From: an uncultured Bdellovibrionales bacterium
Lineage (GTDB): Bacteria > Bdellovibrionota_C > UBA2361 > SZUA-149 > CAZDIO01
Assembly (NCBI GenBank): GCA_964505555.1
Contig: CAZDIO010000117.1
Location: 1,044-65,043, forward strand
Length of the DNA: 64,000 nucleotides
Direction of reading: 5' to 3'
A program made the translations under genes and the position numbers. Shown piece after piece: positions 39,969-49,103 of this stretch; the stretch's first letter is position 1; each line of letters opens with the position of its first letter. The notes under the pieces are model-generated. The model searched no databases and had not been told where the DNA came from. It saw nothing but the letters and a program-made list of their open reading frames with translations.

Positions 39969-42900
39969 GTGCGGCTTCTATTGAAATTCATTACGCTTCT
40001 TCTAGCGCTGTGTAGTATTCTTGCGGCACCCATAGCCTCTGCAGACAACCAGCGTCCTATCACTCATGTAGGAAGCGTCCTTCGGCATGGTCATGTCGGA
40101 GAACCAATGATCTTTGATGCCTCGGAGTCATTTGATCCTGATGGAAACATTGTAAGCTACACGTGGGAATTCGGAGATGGGACGACGGAGCGTTTAACTC
40201 AACCGGTTACTACCCACCGCTATAATCAACAAGGAAACTTTAATGTCGTTCTTACCGTTGAGGACAATAACGGAAAAACCAGTTCCAGTGTATTAGATGG
40301 AAACTCCCCAGGGGTAAGTATCGCCGGAGAGAATTTCTGTATCGGAGATGGGTTTTGTTGGGAGAATCCGTGGCCAATTGGTGAAACACTAAACACGGTC
40401 TGGGCATTTTCAGGGACAAATGTTTTTGCTGCCGGAAATAGTGGCGTCCTACTCCAGTTTAATGGATCAAACTGGATCAGACGTGAGACAAACACAAGAG
40501 TAGATCTCTCCAGAATGTGGGCCAACGATCCCAACAACATCTGGTTTAGCGGGGGATATCGATGGAACGGATCCACTATTGTCCCACCTCAGTTAAGCGC
40601 TGGTGTTGCTGGAACGGGAGACATCGCAGGAATAAATGTAAACGATGTGTGGATGCCGGTTTTGGTAAACGGGACTCGACAAGGCTTGGTTCGCTTTAAT
40701 GGGACTAGCTGGTCAGCACCACAATTAACAGAAGCTGCTTTTTACTTTATTGGAAATGTTCAAGGTAAACTCTACGCTTTAAGTGATCGTGGGCTCTATC
40801 GCTATACTTCTGGTTCATCGTGGACCTTTCTTTCAAATAGCGGGGCTCCCGATGGCGTTGAGAACTATCGTCGGATGTGGGGAAGTTCTGATACTGACAT
40901 CTGGCTTGTTGGAGCAAATCGGGTAAAACGATGGAATGGCACAAGTTGGGGAAATATTCCTGGTGCTCCTACGATATACACCTTTATCGGAGTATGGGGC
41001 ACTAGTCCTTCAGACGTATTTCTGCTGGGGGATAGTTTTTGTAACTCCTACCGTTGGAATGGAAGTACGTTTACCTCCATTCCATATTCTTTGACACTTG
41101 GTTTTGACAATAATATGGGCGCTATTCACGGCACCGGTCCAAACGATGTCTGGGGAGTGGGGAATCTGGGTGCCATAACCCATTGGAACGGATCTCAATG
41201 GTCCGGGGGTCAGGGAATAAGGGATTTTTCTTCTCCGAGTAAGCAGAGGATTTTTGGTTCCGGGACCTCTGCGGTATGGACACCAGCCCAGCATTGGGAC
41301 GGTGGCTCATGGTCATTTCGATCATCCTACGTCGATCGTCCTCACAACAGTATGTTTAGTTTCTCAGTGAACGATATTTGGGTGGGAGGATATACCGGTG
41401 TATCTCATTTTGATGGAAACAATTGGACAACATACAGCTTGGAGTTTGGCACTTTTACAAACCTCGATTCGATAATTGACATTTGGGGAGTAAACTCAAA
41501 TGATCTCTGGGCTCTTAAGGGCGTAGCAGGGAAGTTGTATCATTGGAATGGAAACACCTGGTCCATCGTCTCAAATGCTCCGGTCTCATCAATGATTTGG
41601 GGTGCTTCACCAAATCAGATCTGGACCGCCGGAACAAACTCCGCAAACACTGAAGCGACAAACATTATATATTTCTATAATGGATCAAGCTGGGTCCCCC
41701 AGTATAATGGCGCTGCAAACGTTCGCATCAACCGTCTCTGGGGAAGCAGCGCCTCAGATGTCTGGGCCGTAGGAACAAAAGCTGGAACGGGGTTGATTTT
41801 ACGTTATAACGGCACCACCTGGTCCCAAGTCTCTCCTGCTCCGACGATACCGATTCTTAACGACATCTGGGGAAGAGCAGCAAATGATGTTTGGCTTGTG
41901 GGTGAAGAAGGAATCGTTCTTCATTGGGATGGAACGCAGTTTGAGATCTTTGATGGTGGCACAACAAGAAGATTTACCTCAGTGTGGGCCAGTCCTTTAG
42001 AGGTCTGGATTGCTTCTGGAAACGCTATTCTTCGAAGGAAACTCAGCACCACAACTCCGCACACTCTAACTACAAATATTGGCTCTGGGCAGGGACGAGT
42101 CGATATCGTTCCCCACCAAACAAGTTTTGCATCCGGCAGTGAAGCTACCCTTGTCGCCGTTCCTGCTCTTTCTCAAGTTTTTACTGGGTGGTCTGGTTGT
42201 AGCACGGGAAATCAAAACCCGCTGACGATTACGATGAACACAAACAAAAGCTGCACCGCTAACTTTGCCCCCGGGTATGTGCTCACCGTTGAGCTCCTCG
42301 GTCTTAGTCAAACGATCGGCACAGTGACCATTAGTCCTGACCTTCCTACCTATCCCCATGGAACATCTGTTACTTTGACCGCTGCTACTAACCCGGAAAG
42401 TGGGTGCTCTAGTTTTCTTGATTGGAACGGAAATCCCGCTGGCTCACAAAACCCACTAACGATAACAATGAATAGTGACAAACACCTCGCCGCTCGATTC
42501 ATTACTTCAGGAGCGGCATTACTCACACGATCCGTTAGCAATTCAAGTGCTGGTATGCTTGATGGAATCGGTAGCACCTCAGGCTCAACAAGCTCCATCA
42601 ACTGCGACTCAGACACAAGTCTTCCTGTTAGCGTTAACAACGGTTTTTCTCTAATCGATATCGTTAATAACGGGCAATCAAAAGGTCCACAAAATCCCTA
42701 TGCTCTTTTAGACATTCTTTCTAACCACAATGTGCGTGCGTATTTCCGGCAGAATGGCGATCTCACCCCTCCGGTTATGAGCTCCTTTACAGTTACAAAC
42801 TCTGCTGGTCAAACCTTACCTACCGGGTCTACCCTCTCAGGTCTCGTGGCTTTCCAGACCCAAGTTACTGACAGTGGAGGAGTATATAAGGTTGAGTACT

Positions 42901-43703
42901 ATGCAGGGACCCGCCTCCTTGCCACTGTTTACTATAATGGAAACTCTCCGACGTCTGGTGCGCTTTTTGAATTCGATACTTCAACACTGGCAAACGGAAA
43001 CTATACCCTGAGTGCAAAGGCGTATGATACGGCGCTTAACTCCACCATCTCTGCTGGGTTTCTTATCACCTCAAGTAATCAAGTTTTAACCCCTGTTATT
43101 ATCACAAGCTCTCCGATCGATGGCTTTATTGATCCCTTAGAGGACCGAGATGCGTCAAATGCCAACACCCTTTTTGGTGTTAATGAAGTTTTTATTACCT
43201 TCTCAACTCCGGTAAAGAGCGCAACAAGTGACGGAATTGGTGGTTTGAATTTTCGGGTGCAGTGCTTAAAAAATGGAAACACTGCGTCTGATCTTCAAAC
43301 AAATGGCGTTCCGACGGTTAACGCAATGTGGGGAAGTGGTGCGGGACCTTACCGGCTCTTACTTTCAAAACGACTCTGTCTTGGAGCGTGGACTGAGATC
43401 TCAGCAAAAAACATTATGGCACCCGGTGGAAACCTTATTTCACCAACTGGAAATCGAGTACTCTTAGGATCACTCCCGATGGATCTCACCCAAGACGGAA
43501 GAGTTTTAGGAGATGATGTTTCTCGCTGGCTACAAATTTACAACGATACCTATAACCCGGGAGCCCTTCTTAAACCTCTTGTTCTCGATCAAAAACGAAA
43601 CGGCATTATCACCGGAGAAGATATCTCCCGAGCAATCCAGCTCCTTAACGGCATAGGAACATTCCGCAACTGGAACGGTTATGAGATGGGACCAAAACCG
43701 TAA
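39969..43703 (+). CDS. Large secreted multidomain surface protein. Domain order is signal peptide, PKD domain, about twelve propeller-like ~45-aa repeats, two divergent InlB-B-repeat-like domains, Ig-like region(s), then a C-terminal dockerin-like domain.
   Basis: The 1244-aa product has a GTG start. The PKD region is ...FDASESFDPDGNIVSYTWEFGDGTTE...VLTVEDNNG. The repeats follow the motif [ND]DVW.VG..G.I.HWNG..W. The InlB-B-like region is ...VPALSQVFTGWSGCSTGNQNPLTITMNTNKSCTANFA. The dockerin-like motifs are DLTQDGRVLGDDVSRWLQIY and DQKRNGIITGEDISRAIQLL. Confidence 0.8.
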   Translation: MRLLLKFITLLLALCSILAAPIASADNQRPITHVGSVLRHGHVGEPMIFDASESFDPDGNIVSYTWEFGDGTTERLTQPVTTHRYNQQGNFNVVLTVEDNNGKTSSSVLDGNSPGVSIAGENFCIGDGFCWENPWPIGETLNTVWAFSGTNVFAAGNSGVLLQFNGSNWIRRETNTRVDLSRMWANDPNNIWFSGGYRWNGSTIVPPQLSAGVAGTGDIAGINVNDVWMPVLVNGTRQGLVRFNGTSWSAPQLTEAAFYFIGNVQGKLYALSDRGLYRYTSGSSWTFLSNSGAPDGVENYRRMWGSSDTDIWLVGANRVKRWNGTSWGNIPGAPTIYTFIGVWGTSPSDVFLLGDSFCNSYRWNGSTFTSIPYSLTLGFDNNMGAIHGTGPNDVWGVGNLGAITHWNGSQWSGGQGIRDFSSPSKQRIFGSGTSAVWTPAQHWDGGSWSFRSSYVDRPHNSMFSFSVNDIWVGGYTGVSHFDGNNWTTYSLEFGTFTNLDSIIDIWGVNSNDLWALKGVAGKLYHWNGNTWSIVSNAPVSSMIWGASPNQIWTAGTNSANTEATNIIYFYNGSSWVPQYNGAANVRINRLWGSSASDVWAVGTKAGTGLILRYNGTTWSQVSPAPTIPILNDIWGRAANDVWLVGEEGIVLHWDGTQFEIFDGGTTRRFTSVWASPLEVWIASGNAILRRKLSTTTPHTLTTNIGSGQGRVDIVPHQTSFASGSEATLVAVPALSQVFTGWSGCSTGNQNPLTITMNTNKSCTANFAPGYVLTVELLGLSQTIGTVTISPDLPTYPHGTSVTLTAATNPESGCSSFLDWNGNPAGSQNPLTITMNSDKHLAARFITSGAALLTRSVSNSSAGMLDGIGSTSGSTSSINCDSDTSLPVSVNNGFSLIDIVNNGQSKGPQNPYALLDILSNHNVRAYFRQNGDLTPPVMSSFTVTNSAGQTLPTGSTLSGLVAFQTQVTDSGGVYKVEYYAGTRLLATVYYNGNSPTSGALFEFDTSTLANGNYTLSAKAYDTALNSTISAGFLITSSNQVLTPVIITSSPIDGFIDPLEDRDASNANTLFGVNEVFITFSTPVKSATSDGIGGLNFRVQCLKNGNTASDLQTNGVPTVNAMWGSGAGPYRLLLSKRLCLGAWTEISAKNIMAPGGNLISPTGNRVLLGSLPMDLTQDGRVLGDDVSRWLQIYNDTYNPGALLKPLVLDQKRNGIITGEDISRAIQLLNGIGTFRNWNGYEMGPKP

Positions 43704-43727
43704 TTGGCTGTAAAGTAGACCCATGAG

Positions 43728-44375
43728 TCAGAGAACATCGTATATCGCCCAGGGAACTTGAGACCTAAGTGCCCAATAGCGATCACCATACGACCAATGC
43801 CACCATTCAAATTCATAGTTTATAAATCCCTGACTGCTCATGGCTTGAATTAAAATCTGTCGGTTTGCTTGCGCTACGGATGAGATGTTCTCTGCATGAG
43901 TAAATCCGGCATTGTGATTTTGAATTGGAGTCTCGTCACTTGTAGAACCCATATCGAGCTCCTTTCCAAAACGATCAATGAGAGAAAGATCTATCGCCGA
44001 ACCCGTTGCATGCGGGGGAAACTCATCTGGGTGGGCGACATACAAAGCCGCATCATCTCTCAATGCTTGGTCATCTTTTTCTGGGAACTTCTCTTTGAGC
44101 GCTTGAAAATAGTGCTGATAAATCGTGCGTTGAATTGAGAGTGACCGATATCCCTCTTCAATGAGGAACTTCATTCCATCAGGCAACAAAACACTGGCCT
44201 GACAGAGTCGACTGGCCACGCTCTGGCGAATCAGACTAAATTGGGGGTTTGGCTCTTGCCTTTTTTTTGAAAAAGAAAACTTTTCGAACGTGCGTAAATC
44301 CACCAGGGGCTCATAACACTCTCGTATTGGCATTGAGAGCACGTGAGAATTTGACAGCAATACTCTGGTGGTCAT
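43728..44375 (-). CDS. ddpX: D-alanyl-D-alanine dipeptidase (VanX/DdpX, M15D family).
   Basis: The 215-aa product has the zinc-site motif HATGSAIDL (SxHxxGxAxD) and the C-terminal EWWHWSYGD (E-W-W-H-[FW] motif). Confidence 0.8.
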   Translation of the reverse strand: MTTRVLLSNSHVLSMPIRECYEPLVDLRTFEKFSFSKKRQEPNPQFSLIRQSVASRLCQASVLLPDGMKFLIEEGYRSLSIQRTIYQHYFQALKEKFPEKDDQALRDDAALYVAHPDEFPPHATGSAIDLSLIDRFGKELDMGSTSDETPIQNHNAGFTHAENISSVAQANRQILIQAMSSQGFINYEFEWWHWSYGDRYWALRSQVPWAIYDVL

Positions 44376-45121
44376 TACCCCTTCTTCTCTACTAGGTAAC
44401 AGGAGAAATGTTCGCGCTCTCCCTCAACGTTTACTAACCGAAGCTCACCAAAGCCCACCTCGATCATCTGTTGTTGAAGCTCAGAAAATGTGATCAACCG
44501 GGACGCACGCTCTACAAAATAAGAACTTTCACCAATTTGTAATTTAATTCTCCATATTCGCGTAGCATCTTCAAAACGAGCAATGATCGTTTCTTCAATT
44601 CTCACCTCGAGTCCTCCCACTTGAGCGCTAAAGTCACTGTTCATTATTGGATGAGTTTGGCTTTTCTCATTTGGAAGATCCAGGTAGAAACTCCCGTGAG
44701 GTTTGATACAGGCTGCAAAGCTTTGAAGAATGCTTTTTAACTTTTCATTTGTTACAACCGCCTGTTGACCATCTTCCCAGGTATCTGCATACATCAGGGA
44801 GTTTCCACGACAGATCAATAAATCAAACCGTTCGGGGAAGATGCTCCCGAGACTGCTCCAATGATGAACTCTGGGAACTACTGGCAATCCTTGTCGAGAG
44901 GCATTCTCCTCTAAACGCGTTAACATCTCCTTACTTGAATCACTGAGCTCGATTGCGTACCCTGCCTTGATTAAATCAAGACTTAAAAACCCAGTGCCCG
45001 CAGCACAGTCAAGAATATTACTCTTTCGAAAGGGAGAAAAAAGCCGATCAAAGCTCCGAAAGAGTTTGGGGCGATTATAAATCGCTTGTAAATACAGGTC
45101 ATAAAGTTCTGGAAAGCTCAC
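44375..45121 (-). CDS. Class I SAM-dependent methyltransferase.
   Basis: The 248-aa product has motif I ILDCAAGTGFLSLDL. Its stop overlaps the ddpX start. Confidence 0.7.
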   Translation of the reverse strand: MSFPELYDLYLQAIYNRPKLFRSFDRLFSPFRKSNILDCAAGTGFLSLDLIKAGYAIELSDSSKEMLTRLEENASRQGLPVVPRVHHWSSLGSIFPERFDLLICRGNSLMYADTWEDGQQAVVTNEKLKSILQSFAACIKPHGSFYLDLPNEKSQTHPIMNSDFSAQVGGLEVRIEETIIARFEDATRIWRIKLQIGESSYFVERASRLITFSELQQQMIEVGFGELRLVNVEGEREHFSCYLVEKKG

Positions 45122-45178
45122 CGTAATACCCTTGTCATTCTCTGCCTTCTTATCTTTATGAAAAACGGATTTAATATC

Positions 45179-46207
45179 TTATTTGATCTTCCTCGGAGGA
45201 TTAAGAATATTTCTAAATCCCGGGGTCCATTCATCATAATGAATCACAAGACTGTCAATTTTTCGAATCAATTTTGGAAACTCCTTGCGAAGCATCTCAA
45301 GAAGTTTTTCATAGGCAGAAAAACTTTCAATCACAATCTCTAGCTCAAGAGACCAGAGGTTTCGTAGAAAGTAGATAACTTGTGGAATATTCGATACGTA
45401 TTTGATGAATCGTTGATACTCTCGTTCTTCAAAGCTATGTACCTCGATCAAAGTTTTAAAATATGTAAGTCCTAGTTTTTTAAAGTCGAGATCAACTCGA
45501 TAGTGTAGCAAAATCCCTGCTTGCTCTAACTTCTGCATCCGCGCTCGCACAATCGCTGGAGTTGTGCGCAAACGGCTTGCAATTTCGGTTACAGGAATTC
45601 TTGCATCATCAACAAGCTCAGCAATGATATTATAGTCTACTGCTTTTAGATTTGCCGGGGTGACATCTTTGACATATTCAAGTGGGGGAGAACAATGTCC
45701 AGTAAGATAATTACTTGGATACTGGAGAACAACCACAGGCACGTAACCCTGAAGATCTACCACTACCGATCGAAAATCTGTGGTTAATTTTTCAATAACT
45801 TGAAACAGCTCACTATAATGTTGATAAAAAAGTCCGATGAGTAGATCCCAAGATCCAGAGGTGAGTCCATACCAATATACATTTCCAAGCTTTTTCAAAT
45901 AGCTAATTAGCTTCTCTCGCTCATCAGAGATATTAATCAGTTTGACGTGAATTTTATAAAGATGATAACCCATCTTTCCTGGACTAAAAGAGGTCCGAAA
46001 GCCCCGGATAACTCCGGCATCTAAAAGTCGGTGCAGATGATACTCCACCGTTTGTCGTGGCCGTCCAAGGCGCTCCGATATCGCCGGAAGCGAAGTTCGA
46101 CAGTCAAGCTCCAACACATGTAGCAGCTCTCGATCAAACGGCGTCAAAACTGCGTGCTGGAGTTCCTTAACTTTCATAGGGGAGACTATATCAAAATTGC
46201 CAACCAA
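45179..46207 (-). CDS. Tandem-duplicated Lrp/AsnC-family transcriptional regulator (two HTH_AsnC plus RAM-like halves in one polypeptide).
   Basis: The 342-aa product has two HTH regions: ...LDCRTSLPAISERLGRPRQTVEYHLHRLLDAGVIRGF and ...DDARIPVTEIASRLRTTPAIVRARMQKLEQAGIL. It is divergent from the ddl-fusion gene. Confidence 0.7.
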   Translation of the reverse strand: MVGNFDIVSPMKVKELQHAVLTPFDRELLHVLELDCRTSLPAISERLGRPRQTVEYHLHRLLDAGVIRGFRTSFSPGKMGYHLYKIHVKLINISDEREKLISYLKKLGNVYWYGLTSGSWDLLIGLFYQHYSELFQVIEKLTTDFRSVVVDLQGYVPVVVLQYPSNYLTGHCSPPLEYVKDVTPANLKAVDYNIIAELVDDARIPVTEIASRLRTTPAIVRARMQKLEQAGILLHYRVDLDFKKLGLTYFKTLIEVHSFEEREYQRFIKYVSNIPQVIYFLRNLWSLELEIVIESFSAYEKLLEMLRKEFPKLIRKIDSLVIHYDEWTPGFRNILNPPRKIK

Positions 46208-46382
46208 TGATATTCGGTCCGTTTTTAAGTAAAACTAAATAAATTCAATTAGTTAAACTACAAACGACCAATCCGATATTTAGCAATATTTAACAAATCT
46301 TGCCTTTTTAAATAACTTCTGCCAATATTCTTCTGGGCTGCTTTGGTGCTCCCATAGTCAAAAATAAGCGTCTTTTGAGAAA
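46208..46382. promoter_or_regulatory. AT-rich divergent intergenic region between the Lrp/AsnC regulator and the tandem Ddl-like ligase. Presumed promoters and operator.
   Basis: It is 175 bp and AT-rich. It has the classic divergent regulator/target architecture. No precise hexamers were assigned. Confidence 0.3.
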
Positions 46383-48803
46383 ATGATAAAGATTGCCATA
46401 CTCTGTGGAGGATCATCTGCCGAACGAGGGATCTCCCTCAACTCCGCTCGATCCGTCTACGACCATCTTCCTCGAACACAATTTGAAATCTCATTAGTCT
46501 ATTTTGATCTCCTACTCGAACCATATCAGATCACCCCAGCACAACTGTACTCAAATACACCTTCAGATTTTGATTTTAAACTACATCACGTAGCACACCC
46601 TCTCAGCAAGCAAGCCCTCGCGCAGTTACTGACCAATGTAGATCTAGTTTTTCCGCTCATTCATGGGCGGTTTGGCGAAGATGGTGAACTTCAAGCGATG
46701 CTTGAGAACTTAGGTTGTAACGTTCTGGGTCTTGATAGTCAGGCTTGTTTGCAAAGCTACGACAAAGCACTGGCACGAACACATCTGAGACAACTAGGAC
46801 TTTTCACCCTTCCCTACCTTCTCCTCAATAATACCAATGGCGCACTCAAAGAAGTAGAGAACTTCATGAGCCAATACAGCCTGGAAAAGATTGTCGTAAA
46901 GCCCTGTCGGGGAGGTTCAAGTATTGGGGTTGGCGTAGCACTTAATTCACAAGAAGCGGTAGCGCTCATTGAGGAAATACTGAGCAAAAACATTGACTCA
47001 CAAGCACTTGTTGAGCCCTACTGTGTCGGCCAAGAGTTTACTGTGATCGTTTTCCAAAACGATGTCGGCGAACCGGTACCTCTCGTTCCAACAGAGATTG
47101 AGTTATTAAATCGTGATCAACGGTCCATTTTTAGCTATCGCAGAAAGTATCTCCCTTCTCACCAGACGGTATATCATAGCCCACCACGCTTTTCGCCGAA
47201 GATCCTCTCAGAGATCAGCGCGCATGCAAAATCAGTCTTTCGCTTCTTTCAAATGCGGGATTTCGTAAGAATTGACGGTTGGGTTTTTCCGGATGGTCGC
47301 ATTCTTTTTTCTGACATAAACCCAATAAGCGGCATGGAACAAAATAGCTTTTTTTTCCAACAAACAGCACAACTGGGGCTCTCACATACTGAGGCACTTC
47401 AATTTCTCATCCGCAATGCCTGCAAACGTCGTGCTCTAAGAATTCCCCTCACTACCGAACTTCCTACTCAAAAACAGAAAATCCCCGTGCGCGTTATTTT
47501 TGGGGGCAATACTGCCGAGCGTCAAGTGTCATTGATGAGTGGTACAAATGTTTGGTTAAAACTTCGCGGATCAAACCAATATGAACCTACCCCCTACCTG
47601 CTTGGGACCGATGGCACTATTTGGCAATTACCGTACGCTTATTGTCTCTATCACACCGTTGAAGAAATCTCTGCTCTCTGCGAAAAGAGCATTGAACGGG
47701 AACAGAGGCTAGCACCTCTTCGCGCGCAGATTCTAGAAGATCTGTGTCTTCCTTCGCAAAAACCTCATGCAGAATTTCTTCCTCATCATTTAACACTCAC
47801 GGAGTTCCTCGCCTGTAAAGATCTCGTTTTTATTGCACTCCACGGAGGGGTCGGGGAAAATGGTATCTTTCAAGCTCAGCTTGCATCAGCAAATATTCCC
47901 TTCACCGGCTCAGCGGCACCGGCCTCTCAGCGATGCATGGATAAACTTGCAACTTCAGACACTTTGCAAGGTCTCAACTCTCTTGGAATACTTACCCCAA
48001 AAAAATTTAAACTCAATGTTCTTGAAATTGAACAAATAATTAAAAATGAAGCTCGCCTAGAAGCCCTTTGGAAACAACTACTCACTGAATTATCAAATAG
48101 TAAGGGAGAACAAACGATCATCATTAAACCGAACGATGATGGTTGCTCCGTAGGGGTGGCGCGCTTAGCCTCTGTGAAAGATTTGCAGCATTATTTACAA
48201 GCAATCATTGACAATCAAGAGGCCATATCTCCTGGGACCCTTCTTCTCCATGAAGAAATTATTGAAATGCCTTCATTCAAACCAGAACTGCTGCTCTGTG
48301 AAGAATATATCATTTGCGATCACGTTTGCATCGAGGGCACTCATATACAGTGGACCTCCCGCACTGACTGGATTGAAATCACAATGGGGGTTGTTGAGCG
48401 AAATGGCAAGATGCACTCTTTCCATCCAAGCCTCACCGTTGCTTCTGGGAATGTGTTGAGCGTAGAAGAAAAATTTCAAGGGGGCACGGGAGTAAATATC
48501 ACTCCACCTCCAGAGCAGTTTATTTCATTTGAAACGATCGAACTTGCAAAAAAGAGAATGGAGCTGGTTGCAGGGAGACTGGGCCTTCGTGGTTTTGCGC
48601 GAATTGATGCTTTTCTCCATCGTCACACCGGAGAATTAATAATTATCGAAGCAAACACGATTCCAGGGCTTACACCATCGACGGTAATTTACCATCAAGC
48701 TCTTGCTGAACCCCAGCCGGTAACTCCGAGAGATTTCCTTGAAGGAATTATTAGTGCCGCACAGATGAAGAGCGCTCCTGCGTTCGGATCAGAAGCGCGT
48801 TAG
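46383..48803 (+). CDS. Fusion of two complete D-alanine--D-alanine-ligase-like ATP-grasp modules (Ddl-Ddl tandem, 806 aa).
   Basis: Half 1 has the Ddl N-terminus MIKIAILCGGSSAERGISLNSA, then HGRFGEDGELQAMLE, KPCRGGSSIGV and RIDGWVFPDGRILFSDINPISGM. Half 2 (from about aa 390) has VRVIFGGNTAERQVSLMSG, HGGVGENGIFQAQLA, IKPNDDGCSVGVA and ARIDAFLHRHTGELIIIEANTIPGLT. Confidence 0.8.
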   Translation: MIKIAILCGGSSAERGISLNSARSVYDHLPRTQFEISLVYFDLLLEPYQITPAQLYSNTPSDFDFKLHHVAHPLSKQALAQLLTNVDLVFPLIHGRFGEDGELQAMLENLGCNVLGLDSQACLQSYDKALARTHLRQLGLFTLPYLLLNNTNGALKEVENFMSQYSLEKIVVKPCRGGSSIGVGVALNSQEAVALIEEILSKNIDSQALVEPYCVGQEFTVIVFQNDVGEPVPLVPTEIELLNRDQRSIFSYRRKYLPSHQTVYHSPPRFSPKILSEISAHAKSVFRFFQMRDFVRIDGWVFPDGRILFSDINPISGMEQNSFFFQQTAQLGLSHTEALQFLIRNACKRRALRIPLTTELPTQKQKIPVRVIFGGNTAERQVSLMSGTNVWLKLRGSNQYEPTPYLLGTDGTIWQLPYAYCLYHTVEEISALCEKSIEREQRLAPLRAQILEDLCLPSQKPHAEFLPHHLTLTEFLACKDLVFIALHGGVGENGIFQAQLASANIPFTGSAAPASQRCMDKLATSDTLQGLNSLGILTPKKFKLNVLEIEQIIKNEARLEALWKQLLTELSNSKGEQTIIIKPNDDGCSVGVARLASVKDLQHYLQAIIDNQEAISPGTLLLHEEIIEMPSFKPELLLCEEYIICDHVCIEGTHIQWTSRTDWIEITMGVVERNGKMHSFHPSLTVASGNVLSVEEKFQGGTGVNITPPPEQFISFETIELAKKRMELVAGRLGLRGFARIDAFLHRHTGELIIIEANTIPGLTPSTVIYHQALAEPQPVTPRDFLEGIISAAQMKSAPAFGSEAR

Positions 48804-49103
48804 GACAATTTCGCACCTCTACAGGGGCCTATCAGTAGACTGCATTCATACTTGAGAGAGAAGCGGCTGTCTTTGAGCCTTCGTCTTTGAAAAAAGGAAT
48901 CGCGATAACCACGATCAGCGCGGCGAGTAATCCAATGACTATGAGGCTTATTGCCCCCCGGTTACCAAAGGGTTTTTGCCGAAATTCTTTATGATCTGAT
49001 GTTGTAAAAGTCATGTTAGTCTATCGGGCAGGGAAGATCAGAACACAAGCTCAAAACGAAGTTATCCCTCAGATAGCATCGGCACACCTCTTCTCTACAC
49101 CTT

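Noticed and set aside
48832-49014. 60-aa ORF with one TM helix between the ddl-fusion and MMPL genes.
   Set aside because: It has no RBS or homology support. It is retained only as a possibility and not called as a feature.
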